NCBI GenBank assembly: GCA_018812625.1
Contig: JAHJDH010000025.1
Location: 13,726-77,725, forward strand
Source: Candidatus Micrarchaeota archaeon
Lineage (GTDB): Archaea > Micrarchaeota > Micrarchaeia > Anstonellales > Bilamarchaeaceae
DNA length: 64,000 bases
Reading direction: 5' to 3'
A model generated the notes under the pieces. The model had not been told where the DNA came from. It searched no databases and saw nothing but the letters and a program-made list of their open reading frames with translations. This document shows, piece by piece, positions 36,877-45,585 of the stretch (positions are counted from its first letter, which is position 1; each line of letters begins with the position of its first letter). Made by a program: the position numbers and the translations under genes.

Positions 36877-37125
36877 ATGCAAAGAAAGATTCACACTGTT
36901 TTAGGAAGATTATCAAGCAAAAAAGCACTTGAGAGGAAAGCAGCCATCAAAGAAATGGTAGCTTTGATTTCTCACGAAGATGCCCATCTTGCTCGTCTCT
37001 CTCTGCATTATGTTTCTGTACATGATCCTTCTTTTACTGTTCGAAATTTGGCTCGTCAAGCATTTTATCGCATTGGAGAGCCTCCTTCTAATGAAATTGT
37101 ATGGGATAAATCATATCGCTTCTGA
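36877..37125 (+). CDS. hypothetical small protein
   Basis: 82-aa helical ORF preceded by the palindrome. Confidence 0.3.
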   Translation: MQRKIHTVLGRLSSKKALERKAAIKEMVALISHEDAHLARLSLHYVSVHDPSFTVRNLARQAFYRIGEPPSNEIVWDKSYRF

Positions 37126-37163
37126 TTTTAAACATTTCCTTCCATTAATTATAATCGAGAATT

Positions 37164-37652
37164 ATGTTCTTTAGATCAAAGAAGAAGCCCGGCCAGTCTG
37201 CAAAAGACCCAAGAGCTGCGATACTGGAAAGCAAGCGTGCAATAGGTGCTTCTCTTCGTGAAAAGACCGTGGTTTTCATAGTTGAAGATACTCAATTTGC
37301 TATTCTTACTCCACTTATCCAATCTGGGGTATTTCGAGGCATTGTTGGACCTAAAAGCAGGGTTTTGACTTATACTGGCTTCTTCTCCGATAATCTTTCT
37401 GCTGATGTTTTAGTCCTGAAACCTTCTAGCCGCATTGGAGAAAACCTTGCTCTTTTTACCGATCGTCTGATTGATTTTAAGTCATCAAATCCAAACTCTG
37501 CAGTCATTGTTTGCGCCACTGATCCAGAACTCTCGAAAAGGCTTATTCCTCACTATCAAGCTGGTCAAATTGATTCACTTGAAAAATCCGGCAGTGATGA
37601 TTTCCAGATTCTTTTTAATGCATCAAAAATTCTTGAAAGGTTACAAAGATGA
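37164..37652 (+). CDS. pseudo-receiver (REC-like) domain protein, paralog 1
   Basis: 'TVVFIVEDTQ...ADVLVLKPS...SAVIVCATD...AGQIDSLEK' follows the beta1/beta3/beta4/beta5 pattern of CheY-like receivers. Lys replaces the phospho-acceptor Asp. Confidence 0.4.
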   Translation: MFFRSKKKPGQSAKDPRAAILESKRAIGASLREKTVVFIVEDTQFAILTPLIQSGVFRGIVGPKSRVLTYTGFFSDNLSADVLVLKPSSRIGENLALFTDRLIDFKSSNPNSAVIVCATDPELSKRLIPHYQAGQIDSLEKSGSDDFQILFNASKILERLQR

Positions 37653-38116
37653 GACAAAAATTTTCACAGCATACTGCTTCTAGACTACGTTTTTCAGATC
37701 CACTACTCGAATCAGCACACGGCAGAACAATCGTTTTTGTTACAGAAGAGTCAAATCTTCGCTCTGAAGCTAAATTAATGCCTCATTTTTTTCAGCGCAC
37801 AGGAGCGTCAAGTTCCAGCAAGGTTCTTGGTTATTCCCACTTCTACGATTGTCCTGAGGGGATTACAGCTGACATCTTGATTCTTAGAAGCTCCAAGCTT
37901 TTTCCACTTCATTTAGGCAAGCTCCATAAAGCTCTTGAAGCTTTTAGGGGCCCTAATCCAAAGGCTGCTGCTATTATTTCTCTTCTTGATACATCTCTTC
38001 TATCATGCTTTGAACATTTTGCTTCAGCCGGCCTTGTTAATTTTGTTGAAACTACTCTTGCAGACGATCCAGCACTGATAAAGGCGGGTTTGGAAATCCT
38101 CGAACGCATGCAGTAG
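37649..38116 (+). CDS. pseudo-receiver (REC-like) domain protein, paralog 2
   Basis: Co-linear similarity to the preceding ORF ('TIVFVTEES...ADILILRSS...AAAIISLLD...ILERMQ'). 4-nt overlap. Confidence 0.4.
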   Translation: MRQKFSQHTASRLRFSDPLLESAHGRTIVFVTEESNLRSEAKLMPHFFQRTGASSSSKVLGYSHFYDCPEGITADILILRSSKLFPLHLGKLHKALEAFRGPNPKAAAIISLLDTSLLSCFEHFASAGLVNFVETTLADDPALIKAGLEILERMQ

Positions 38117-38154
38117 TCTTTTAATCCTATTTCATCAACTATAGTTTCTACTCC

Positions 38155-38319
38155 GGGCCCGTAGTCGAGTCCCAGCTTTTAGAAAAAAGCCGGACCAAAA
38201 CTTTTTGGTTAAGCGACAATGGTTAAGACGCTACCTTGACATGGTAGAGATGTTGTGGATCGCCACAATCCTCTTCCACAAAGTGGTAGAGATCCCCAGT
38301 TCGATCCTGGGCGGGCCCA
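38155..38319 (+). tRNA. tRNA-Val(GAC) interrupted by two non-canonical introns (D-loop and variable region)
   Basis: 5' acceptor GGGCCCG pairs with 3' CGGGCCC + A73. T-arm is CCCAG-TTCGATC-CTGGG. Anticodon arm is CTACC-TTGACAT-GGTAG. Removing about 50 nt (38171-38220) and about 42 nt (around 38248-38289) gives a canonical 73-nt tRNA. It has U8, A14, G18G19, A21, U33, A37 and T-loop UUCGAUC. Confidence 0.6.
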
Positions 38320-38338
38320 TTTTCTTTATGGTGGTTCT

Positions 38339-38770
38339 ATGTTTGGTCTGTTTGGCGGAAAAAAACTGAGTGTGAAATTAGATAAAACTGAATTCAAACC
38401 TGGAGAAGAAATTTCTGGAATCATAAAGCTTGAAACAAAATCTCCTCTTCCAGCTGACCGGTTGAGGGTGGCATTGTCCTATAATGCGCCTGATAAAACA
38501 TACACCACTCCTATTGAGACAGAATTTGTATCTACTGAGATTCAAGGCAGTTCCGAGTTTGTTTCCGGTGAATTTCATTTTTCAATTTCCATTCCTGCTA
38601 TTGCTCCAGAAATTGAATATCCTGGAGATGATCCACAGATGGCAGATGCTTGGAAAAATGATGACGTTCTTGGCGCAAATTCTTTTTTCGTTCTGGCATT
38701 TCTTGAATTTCCAAAAGACAAGCCACTAAAGTCAAAGTATGCCGATATCAAAATTCACTATAACGAATAA
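38339..38770 (+). CDS. hypothetical beta-rich protein
   Basis: The ORF-track start at 38255 overlaps the tRNA, so I trimmed the start to MFGLFGG at 38339. Beta-sandwich-like composition. Confidence 0.35.
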   Translation: MFGLFGGKKLSVKLDKTEFKPGEEISGIIKLETKSPLPADRLRVALSYNAPDKTYTTPIETEFVSTEIQGSSEFVSGEFHFSISIPAIAPEIEYPGDDPQMADAWKNDDVLGANSFFVLAFLEFPKDKPLKSKYADIKIHYNE

Positions 38771-38821
38771 TTTTGCAAGCTTATTTATCCTTTCCTCATG
38801 CCAATATCTCAAGTGGTAACT

Positions 38822-39400
38822 ATGAAAATTATTGATTTGTCTATTTATCTGGATAATGATACTCCTACATATCCTGGTGATGATGTTCCAGAAATACTCC
38901 AATCCACAACTATTGCAAATCATGGCTGGAATTCAAAAAAATTATTAATTTCTTCTCACATTGCAACTCATATTGATGCCCCTTTTCATATGTTTGACGA
39001 TGGCAAAAAACTCGATGAGTTTCCTCTTGAAACCTTTGCTGGCTCTGGGGTTGTGCTTGATGTTAATGCTCCAAAGTTGAATCTAGTTAAGAAAAACGAT
39101 ATCCTTCTTTTTTCAACAGGACTTGCACATGATGATTATCCAAGCGAATCTTTAGTCTCTGCTGATCTTGGAAAAAAAATAGTTGCACTAAAGCCAAAAA
39201 TAGTTGGTTTTGATTCATTTAGTCCAGATGTTTCTCCATTTGAAATTCATCATCTGTTTTTCAAGAATAATATTCTTATTGCAGAAAATTTAACTAATCT
39301 CAAAAAACTGATTGGAAAGAGGTGTGAGTTCTATATCCTTCCACTTAAAATAAAAAATGCAGATGGAGCTCCATGTCGTGCAATTGCAATTTTAGATTAG
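38822..39400 (+). CDS. putative cyclase / kynurenine-formamidase-like metal-dependent hydrolase
   Basis: 'DTPTYPGD...ISSHIATHIDAPFHM' resembles the HxGTHxDxPxH motif of the cyclase family. Confidence 0.6.
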   Translation: MKIIDLSIYLDNDTPTYPGDDVPEILQSTTIANHGWNSKKLLISSHIATHIDAPFHMFDDGKKLDEFPLETFAGSGVVLDVNAPKLNLVKKNDILLFSTGLAHDDYPSESLVSADLGKKIVALKPKIVGFDSFSPDVSPFEIHHLFFKNNILIAENLTNLKKLIGKRCEFYILPLKIKNADGAPCRAIAILD

Positions 39401-40095
39401 CTCATATAATACTTTCTTTTTGTTTTATCAAACTTTTCAATTGCATATCTAAGCATTGTTCTTGGCATTTTTTTGTAATATCTTTTGAGGAATCTTTCTT
39501 CTGTATCCTGGTTTCGTTTTCCAATTTCCCGGAGCATCCAACCTACTGCTTTGTGAATTAAATCCTCTTCATCATACAAAAGCATTTTTGCAATTTTTAA
39601 ATTCTCCTCAAACCTATTGCTCCTGATAAATGTGTATGTTGCAACGACTGCAATTCTTCGCTCCCACATATTTTTTGATTGTGCTAATTCGTAAAGTATA
39701 TCTGGTTTTTTATCAAGAAGATATTTACCAACAATTTCATGTGCCGACAAATCAACCAAATCCCAATTATCAATCCCATCAGTATTTTTCAAATAAAATT
39801 CGTAGATTTCCTTTTGTTCTTTTCTATCTGCACGCTTGAATCTATCAACTAAAATAAGCAATGCTGCAAGACGATATTCATGGATTTCATTTGCAAGGAG
39901 CTTTTCAAGATCTTTAAAATTTAGGCCTGTGTAATTCTTTGCAATCTTTCTAATCTCGGGAACTTGCAAACCAAGAAACACATCTCCTTCTCCATATTCT
40001 CCTCTTCCTGTTTTGAAATATCTTGAGAGTTGTTTTGCTTTTTTTGGGTTTGACAAGTTCTGCAGATCATCAGTAATCATAACCAGAATTTGCAC
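39397..40095 (-). CDS. DNA alkylation repair protein (AlkD/AlkC-like HEAT-repeat glycosylase family)
   Basis: 'KKAKQLSRYFKTG...EYRLAALLIL...MWERRIAVVATY...IHKAVGWMLREIGK' are characteristic helical repeats of the family. Confidence 0.65.
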   Translation of the reverse strand: MQILVMITDDLQNLSNPKKAKQLSRYFKTGRGEYGEGDVFLGLQVPEIRKIAKNYTGLNFKDLEKLLANEIHEYRLAALLILVDRFKRADRKEQKEIYEFYLKNTDGIDNWDLVDLSAHEIVGKYLLDKKPDILYELAQSKNMWERRIAVVATYTFIRSNRFEENLKIAKMLLYDEEDLIHKAVGWMLREIGKRNQDTEERFLKRYYKKMPRTMLRYAIEKFDKTKRKYYMS

Positions 40096-40111
40096 AGATG
40101 ATTTTAATTGC

Positions 40112-41707
40112 TTATTTTTTCCGTGCTGCTTTCAAAAATTCTACAAACAATGGAGCTGGAGACTCTAGTCTGCTCTTTAGCTCAACATGCGCCTGGGATG
40201 CAACTCCAAATCCTTTGCTCCATTCTGTAATTTCAACAATATTATTTTTTGGATGTGTTCCGGAAATGACAAGTCCCTTTTCTTCAAGAGTTTTCACATA
40301 TTCTGAATTTACTTCATATCTATGCCTGTGTCTTTCTGATACTTTGCTCTCTCCATATGCTCTGCGTGCAATAGTATCCTCTTTCAAAATACAATCATAA
40401 GCACCAAGCCTGAGAGTCCCCCCCATCTTTGCTATCTGCTGCTGTTCCGGAAGAAAATCAATTACTGGGTGCGGTGTTTTTTTATCAAACTCCTTTGAAT
40501 TTGCTTCTTTGAGTCCGCAAACATTTCGTGCATATTCAATTACCATGAGCTGAAGTCCAAGGCACAATCCCAAATATGGGACATTGTTTTTTCGTGCATA
40601 TTCAATTGCCCTTATCTTTCCTTCAATCCCCCTGGTTCCAAATCCACCAGGCACTACAATCCCATCATACTCTGCAAGAGTTGGCGTAACATTATCCATG
40701 CTCTCAAGATCACTTCCCTCAATCCATCCAATCTCAAGTCCGCAGTTAAGTGCAGCTGCACTGTGGACCAGTGCTTCTTTAACACTGACATAAGCATCTT
40801 TTACTGCCGTATATTTGCCCACAATAGCAATTTTGAGAGGTTTTTCTTTTGGCTTTATAATCTGGCTTACCTTCTTTTGCCATGTTTTCAAATCTGCATC
40901 CTTTTTCTTGAGATCCAGCTTCTTTGCAAGCACATCATACAGTCCTTGTCTATCAAGAACTATTGGAAGCTGATAAACTGTTTGAAGAAGAGGATCATCA
41001 AAAACTGCTTCTTCTGGAACATTACAATAAGTACTGATTTTTCTTCTTGATTCGCTTGTTAATTTTTCCTGCTCACGGACAACGATTATATCTGGTTGAA
41101 TCCCAAGACTCTGCAAAAGTCTTGTTGCATGTTGAGTTGGTTTTGTTTTTTGCTCTCCCGGACTTAAGCTTGGAACATATGTCAATTGGATAAATGCCAT
41201 GTTGTCCTTCTCGAAATTCTGCTGCCTCATAGCCTCGACAAAGTATCCATTTTCAAGATCTCCGATTGTTCCACCGATTTCAATTAGTACAATATCTGCA
41301 TCTGTTGCAGCTTCTGCTACTCGTCGTTTAATCTCATCTGTTAAATGCGGAACGATCTGCACATCACGTCCAAGATAATCTCCACGCCTTTCTTTTTCTA
41401 AAACTGTTTTGAAAAGTTTTCCACCAGTAATAGAACAGAGTCCTGTTAGTGACTGGTTCAAAAATCTCTCATAAGTTCCAAAGTCCATGTCAACTTCTGT
41501 TCCATCATCCAGGACAAATACTTCTCCATGTCTAAATGGATTCATTGTTCCGCAATCAACATTCAGATACCCATCAAACTTTACTGGGACTACTTTGTAT
41601 CCTCTTGACTGAAGGAGCTTTGCTATAGAAGAAGAGACGATGCCTTTTCCAAGGCCAGACATGATTGAACCAGCAATTACAATAAACTTTGTTTTTTTCT
41701 CAGGCAT
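40112..41707 (-). CDS. pyrG: CTP synthase
   Basis: N-terminal 'KFIVIAGSIMSGLGKG'. GATase 'GLCLGLQ' holds the catalytic Cys. 'HRHRYEVN' is present. Confidence 0.9.
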   Translation of the reverse strand: MPEKKTKFIVIAGSIMSGLGKGIVSSSIAKLLQSRGYKVVPVKFDGYLNVDCGTMNPFRHGEVFVLDDGTEVDMDFGTYERFLNQSLTGLCSITGGKLFKTVLEKERRGDYLGRDVQIVPHLTDEIKRRVAEAATDADIVLIEIGGTIGDLENGYFVEAMRQQNFEKDNMAFIQLTYVPSLSPGEQKTKPTQHATRLLQSLGIQPDIIVVREQEKLTSESRRKISTYCNVPEEAVFDDPLLQTVYQLPIVLDRQGLYDVLAKKLDLKKKDADLKTWQKKVSQIIKPKEKPLKIAIVGKYTAVKDAYVSVKEALVHSAAALNCGLEIGWIEGSDLESMDNVTPTLAEYDGIVVPGGFGTRGIEGKIRAIEYARKNNVPYLGLCLGLQLMVIEYARNVCGLKEANSKEFDKKTPHPVIDFLPEQQQIAKMGGTLRLGAYDCILKEDTIARRAYGESKVSERHRHRYEVNSEYVKTLEEKGLVISGTHPKNNIVEITEWSKGFGVASQAHVELKSRLESPAPLFVEFLKAARKK

Positions 41708-41716
41708 AGGAAAAAT

Positions 41717-42823
41717 GTGGCGGAAACAGTTTTTAAACTTAACAATCCTTCTCTACCTGTGGTAAAGAAAAGATCTCAAAAAGCCGGACTCCCTCCAGGA
41801 ACCCCAGTTCTTACAGAAGATGATACAGAACCCTCAAAGATCACTATCCTGGATTATGACTCAAAAGATTTTACTGAGATCAAGCCAAAATCCATAGATG
41901 AATGCATTGCCTATATGAAGAGGAAGAAGAGCGTCACATGGATTAATGTTGATGGCCTTCAGGACATCTCAATGCTCCAGAAGCTTTGTGAGGAGTTTGG
42001 TATACACCCTCTTGTTCTTGAAGACATACTGTCAACTGACCAGCGTCCGAAAGTCGAAAGTTATGATACTTACCTCTACATTGTATCGCGCATGCTTGAT
42101 ATAGATGGCAAGAAAAACCAAATCAGTTCAGAGCAGATCAGTATCATACTTACGCCTACCTTTGTAATCTCAATACAGGAGAAAAAAGGCGATATTTTTG
42201 AATCCATCCGAAACCAGATAAGGACCAACAAGGGAAAGCTTCGAAAAACTGGTCCTGATTTTCTTGCATACTCTATTCTGGATCGGATTGTGGATCATTA
42301 TTTCCTGATTCTTGAGCAGCTTGGCGAGAGGATTGAATTTATGGAAGAAGAGCTTGTACGCTCTCCATCTCCAAAGACTCTCCATCAAATTCATAGGATG
42401 AAGAGAGACATGGTGTTGCTTCGAAAATCTATCTGGCCTATGAGGGAGCTTATTAACGGGCTTGATCGTGAGGGGCAGAGCAGCAGCCTATTGATAAAAA
42501 AAGGAACTGCTATCTATCTGCGTGACCTTTATGACCATACCATCCAGGTGATCGATACAGTAGAAACTTACCGCGATATTGTCTCTGGCATGCTTGATAT
42601 ATATCTCTCCAGCATCAGCTACCGCCTCAACGAGATCATGAAGGTGCTGACCATTATTGGTACTATATTCATCCCGCTCACATTTGTCACCGGGCTTTAT
42701 GGTATGAACTTTCGCTTCATGCCGGAACTTGAGCATCCGTTTGGCTATCCTTTGGTTCTTTTCCTTATGATGATCATGAGCTTCATCATGCTCATTTATT
42801 TCCGCAGAAAGAAATGGATATAA
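41717..42823 (+). CDS. corA: magnesium/cobalt transporter CorA
   Basis: Cytoplasmic domain + two C-terminal TM helices with a 'YGMNF' pore motif. Confidence 0.85.
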   Translation: MAETVFKLNNPSLPVVKKRSQKAGLPPGTPVLTEDDTEPSKITILDYDSKDFTEIKPKSIDECIAYMKRKKSVTWINVDGLQDISMLQKLCEEFGIHPLVLEDILSTDQRPKVESYDTYLYIVSRMLDIDGKKNQISSEQISIILTPTFVISIQEKKGDIFESIRNQIRTNKGKLRKTGPDFLAYSILDRIVDHYFLILEQLGERIEFMEEELVRSPSPKTLHQIHRMKRDMVLLRKSIWPMRELINGLDREGQSSSLLIKKGTAIYLRDLYDHTIQVIDTVETYRDIVSGMLDIYLSSISYRLNEIMKVLTIIGTIFIPLTFVTGLYGMNFRFMPELEHPFGYPLVLFLMMIMSFIMLIYFRRKKWI

Positions 42824-42824
42824 A

Positions 42825-43787
42825 TTGTCTCTTCGATGGTTTTCTATGCTCCAGAGAATATTCTTTTTTCTGATTCTTATTGCCCTTACTGCAGGCACCT
42901 GGTTTGTTTCACAACAATATCCTCATCCGATGCTTGATAGTGCCATCAATACTTTGATTGCACTTACAATACTCTATCTTGTTTTCAAATTGGTTCTTGA
43001 TAAGGTAGTTGCTGACAAGCTGGATGATCCCAAGCTTCGGTATTCCTTTCGAAAGGCAGTATCCTTTGCATATGTTATCGTCCTTTTTATTGCAGTTATA
43101 ACAATATGGATTCCAAATCCGGAAGCTCTTTTTGTTGCATATGGACTTATGGCAGCTGGAATTGCAGTTGCCCTCTCAGATTTGTTCAAGAATCTGGCAG
43201 GTGGAGTAATCATCTTTTTCACAAAGCCTTTTTCAGTTGGAGACCGTATTGAAATTTCTGGCGAGTTCGGCGACATAATAGATGTGGATATTATGTATAC
43301 CACTCTTATGGAAATCCGTGAGTGGGTTGACGGAGATCAGGCAACAGGAAGACTTAATATTGTTCCAAATGGCCTGATCCTCACATCTGTAGTAAATAAT
43401 TATACCAAGGACAACGAATTCATCTGGGATGAAATCATGATCCCAATCACCTATAACAGCGACTGGAAGGCAGCCTCAAATCTTATGCTTGATACTGTAA
43501 AAAAGGAAACAGAAACAATAATCCAGAAGTCAAACAAGGAATATTCCCATCTGCTGGAAAAATATTATCTGCGAAAAAAACCGGCCGAGCCAGGAGTATT
43601 CATGAAGCTTACCGATAACTGGATCCAGCTTGCTGTTCGCTACATGACTCCTGCACGGGAAAGGCGTACTCTTCACAATCAGCTTAGTAAAATCCTTCTT
43701 ACAAAATTCGAGAAATCCAAAAAAATCAAGATTGCATCTGCTACCTATGAGATCGTGGGCCTTCCACAAATCCGGCTAAAAAAGTGA
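42825..43787 (+). CDS. mscS: small-conductance mechanosensitive channel (MscS family)
   Basis: Three TM helices, then 'PFSVGDRIEISGEFGDIIDVDIMYTTLME', the MscS beta-domain signature. Confidence 0.8.
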   Translation: MSLRWFSMLQRIFFFLILIALTAGTWFVSQQYPHPMLDSAINTLIALTILYLVFKLVLDKVVADKLDDPKLRYSFRKAVSFAYVIVLFIAVITIWIPNPEALFVAYGLMAAGIAVALSDLFKNLAGGVIIFFTKPFSVGDRIEISGEFGDIIDVDIMYTTLMEIREWVDGDQATGRLNIVPNGLILTSVVNNYTKDNEFIWDEIMIPITYNSDWKAASNLMLDTVKKETETIIQKSNKEYSHLLEKYYLRKKPAEPGVFMKLTDNWIQLAVRYMTPARERRTLHNQLSKILLTKFEKSKKIKIASATYEIVGLPQIRLKK

Positions 43788-43791
43788 GCTT

Positions 43792-44763
43792 ATGGTGCTT
43801 ATCGAGCTGGCCATACTTCTTTTTTCTATTATCATCCTCTCGCGCTCTTCAGAGATGGTGATATCCAGTTCTGTTCGGCTCTCAAGATTCTTTAATTTGA
43901 ATCCTGTTGCTATGGGATTTCTTTTGGTTGCTGTTGCAACCAGCCTTCCAGAACTTTCTGTTTCAGTCACATCATCTCTTGCAGGAGAAGGGGCAATTTC
44001 AGCTGGAAACGTGTTCGGTTCAAACATTGCAAATATCTTTATTGTTTTGGGCGTTGGCGGTCTTCTTTATGGCATGAAAATCAGCCAGTCAAACCTAAAG
44101 GATATTGCAATTGTCCTTCTTTTGACCACCCTTATATCCATCTATATAATCTATGGAAGTTCTGTAAGTCTGCAGGCCCTCGGAATTTTTGAAGGGGCCA
44201 TACTTATTCTGATATTTTTGGGCTATGTCTGGTGGACTTTGAAAATGAAAAAGCAATCAAATGGAAACCATCAAACTACTGTTTCCAAAGCAAAGGCTCT
44301 TCGGGCATTCATTAGTTTTTTCATCGGAATTTTTTTAGTAATCATAAGCTCTGCATTTGCTGTTGGTTCTGCAGTTACGATTGCCACAAGCCTTGGTCTT
44401 GCTCAAAGCTTCATAGGAGCTACAATCATAGCTCTTGGAACGTCCCTTCCCGAGCTTAGCACCGCACTTCAAGCTCTTCGAAAAAAACAATATGGTCTTG
44501 TCCTGGGCAATGTAGTAGGAAGCAACATGGCCAATCTCACCATGGTCCTTGGTGTTGCCTCAACAATAAATCCAATTTCAGTTCAGCTTCCAGTCTTCAT
44601 AGCTGCTTTGCTTTTTGCAGTTGTCGCCAACACCCTGCTTTTCTACTGCGCGGCAGTAAACAAAGGGATCGGAAAATTTACCGGAGCGGTTTTTGTTCTA
44701 ACCTATGTAGTCTATATTATTGCGATCTTCGGTCTTCATGCAACTGAAGTGAGCGTGATTTAA
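43792..44763 (+). CDS. Na+/Ca2+ exchanger (CaCA family)
   Basis: Two alpha-repeat motifs: 'GNVFGSNIANIFIVLGV' and 'GNVVGSNMANLTMVLGV'. Confidence 0.8.
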   Translation: MVLIELAILLFSIIILSRSSEMVISSSVRLSRFFNLNPVAMGFLLVAVATSLPELSVSVTSSLAGEGAISAGNVFGSNIANIFIVLGVGGLLYGMKISQSNLKDIAIVLLLTTLISIYIIYGSSVSLQALGIFEGAILILIFLGYVWWTLKMKKQSNGNHQTTVSKAKALRAFISFFIGIFLVIISSAFAVGSAVTIATSLGLAQSFIGATIIALGTSLPELSTALQALRKKQYGLVLGNVVGSNMANLTMVLGVASTINPISVQLPVFIAALLFAVVANTLLFYCAAVNKGIGKFTGAVFVLTYVVYIIAIFGLHATEVSVI

Positions 44764-44780
44764 ATTTTTGTCATCACATT

Positions 44781-45542
44781 ATGATCCTCATGAGCGAAGA
44801 ATCCCAGTGCTTTGTCTGTTCCAAATCAATTACTGATGCTTACTATGTCAATGGTATTCCTCTCTGTTCTACCTGCAGCACCCAAAAGTCTGCTGAATCT
44901 GAAAAACGCTACTGTGTAAGGTGCAATGCATCATCATTCAATTCTATAATCCTCTACACCCAATATGGGCTTCTTTGCTCTTCCTGTCGGGCAGAAGCAA
45001 GGCTTATTGAGAAGCCAAACGAGTCTGTTCAAATTAGAAGACTGGTGAATGGAGCCATAGTCAAATTCTACAAAAGCGGAAGGGAAGATGATTATTATGA
45101 AGAGTACTCATCTTTGCCAGCAGTACAGACTCTTATACATATCGCCCTCATTGTTTTGCTTTCTGTTCTGTCTGTCTTCTCTGGTAATATTTTTCTTCTG
45201 ATATTTGATGTGCTTCTGGATATTTTCCTGATATTTCTTCTTGTTTCTTTTGTATGGATACGGATAAAGATTTATGACAACGAAATCCGCTGTCTTTACG
45301 GACCTTTTACATATTCAATCAACAAGTGTGATCTAGATCAAGTTGAAATCATCAAACCACATAACTATCTTGCATATGGTCTTAGTATCCGTCGAAATAA
45401 ATATGGCTGGCTGTTGAAATTTTTAAGAGGTCCCGGGCCCGGCATTTTAATAAAAAAGAAGTCTGGCTTCTTCCGTTCAGTTTTCATAAGCAGTAGCGAT
45501 CCAGTCAATCTGCTTCAGAACATTGCTAAGAAGTTGTGTTAG
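44781..45542 (+). CDS. hypothetical protein: tandem CxxC zinc ribbons + TM segment
   Basis: 'CFVCSK...CSTCS' and 'CVRCN...CSSC' Cys pairs. Central hydrophobic stretch. Confidence 0.35.
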   Translation: MILMSEESQCFVCSKSITDAYYVNGIPLCSTCSTQKSAESEKRYCVRCNASSFNSIILYTQYGLLCSSCRAEARLIEKPNESVQIRRLVNGAIVKFYKSGREDDYYEEYSSLPAVQTLIHIALIVLLSVLSVFSGNIFLLIFDVLLDIFLIFLLVSFVWIRIKIYDNEIRCLYGPFTYSINKCDLDQVEIIKPHNYLAYGLSIRRNKYGWLLKFLRGPGPGILIKKKSGFFRSVFISSSDPVNLLQNIAKKLC

Positions 45543-45585
45543 GATATCTGCCTGCTTTTAATATTTTGACATTCTATTCATTTTT

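Noticed and set aside
38155-38319. Alternative readings of the tRNA locus: two separate tRNA halves (split tRNA) or a permuted tRNA.
   Set aside because: Both acceptor strands, the anticodon arm and the T-arm are in the normal 5'-to-3' order on one strand. Simple removal of two internal segments yields a canonical tRNA. Two introns is the more economical reading. Still, split or permuted processing cannot be excluded without RNA data.
38255-38338. The N-terminal 28 codons of the tracked ORF 38255-38770, which overlap the tRNA 3' exon.
   Set aside because: This segment overlaps the tRNA T-arm and acceptor stem. A clean ATG (MFGLFGG) at 38339 follows directly after the tRNA's T-tract, so I trimmed the CDS.
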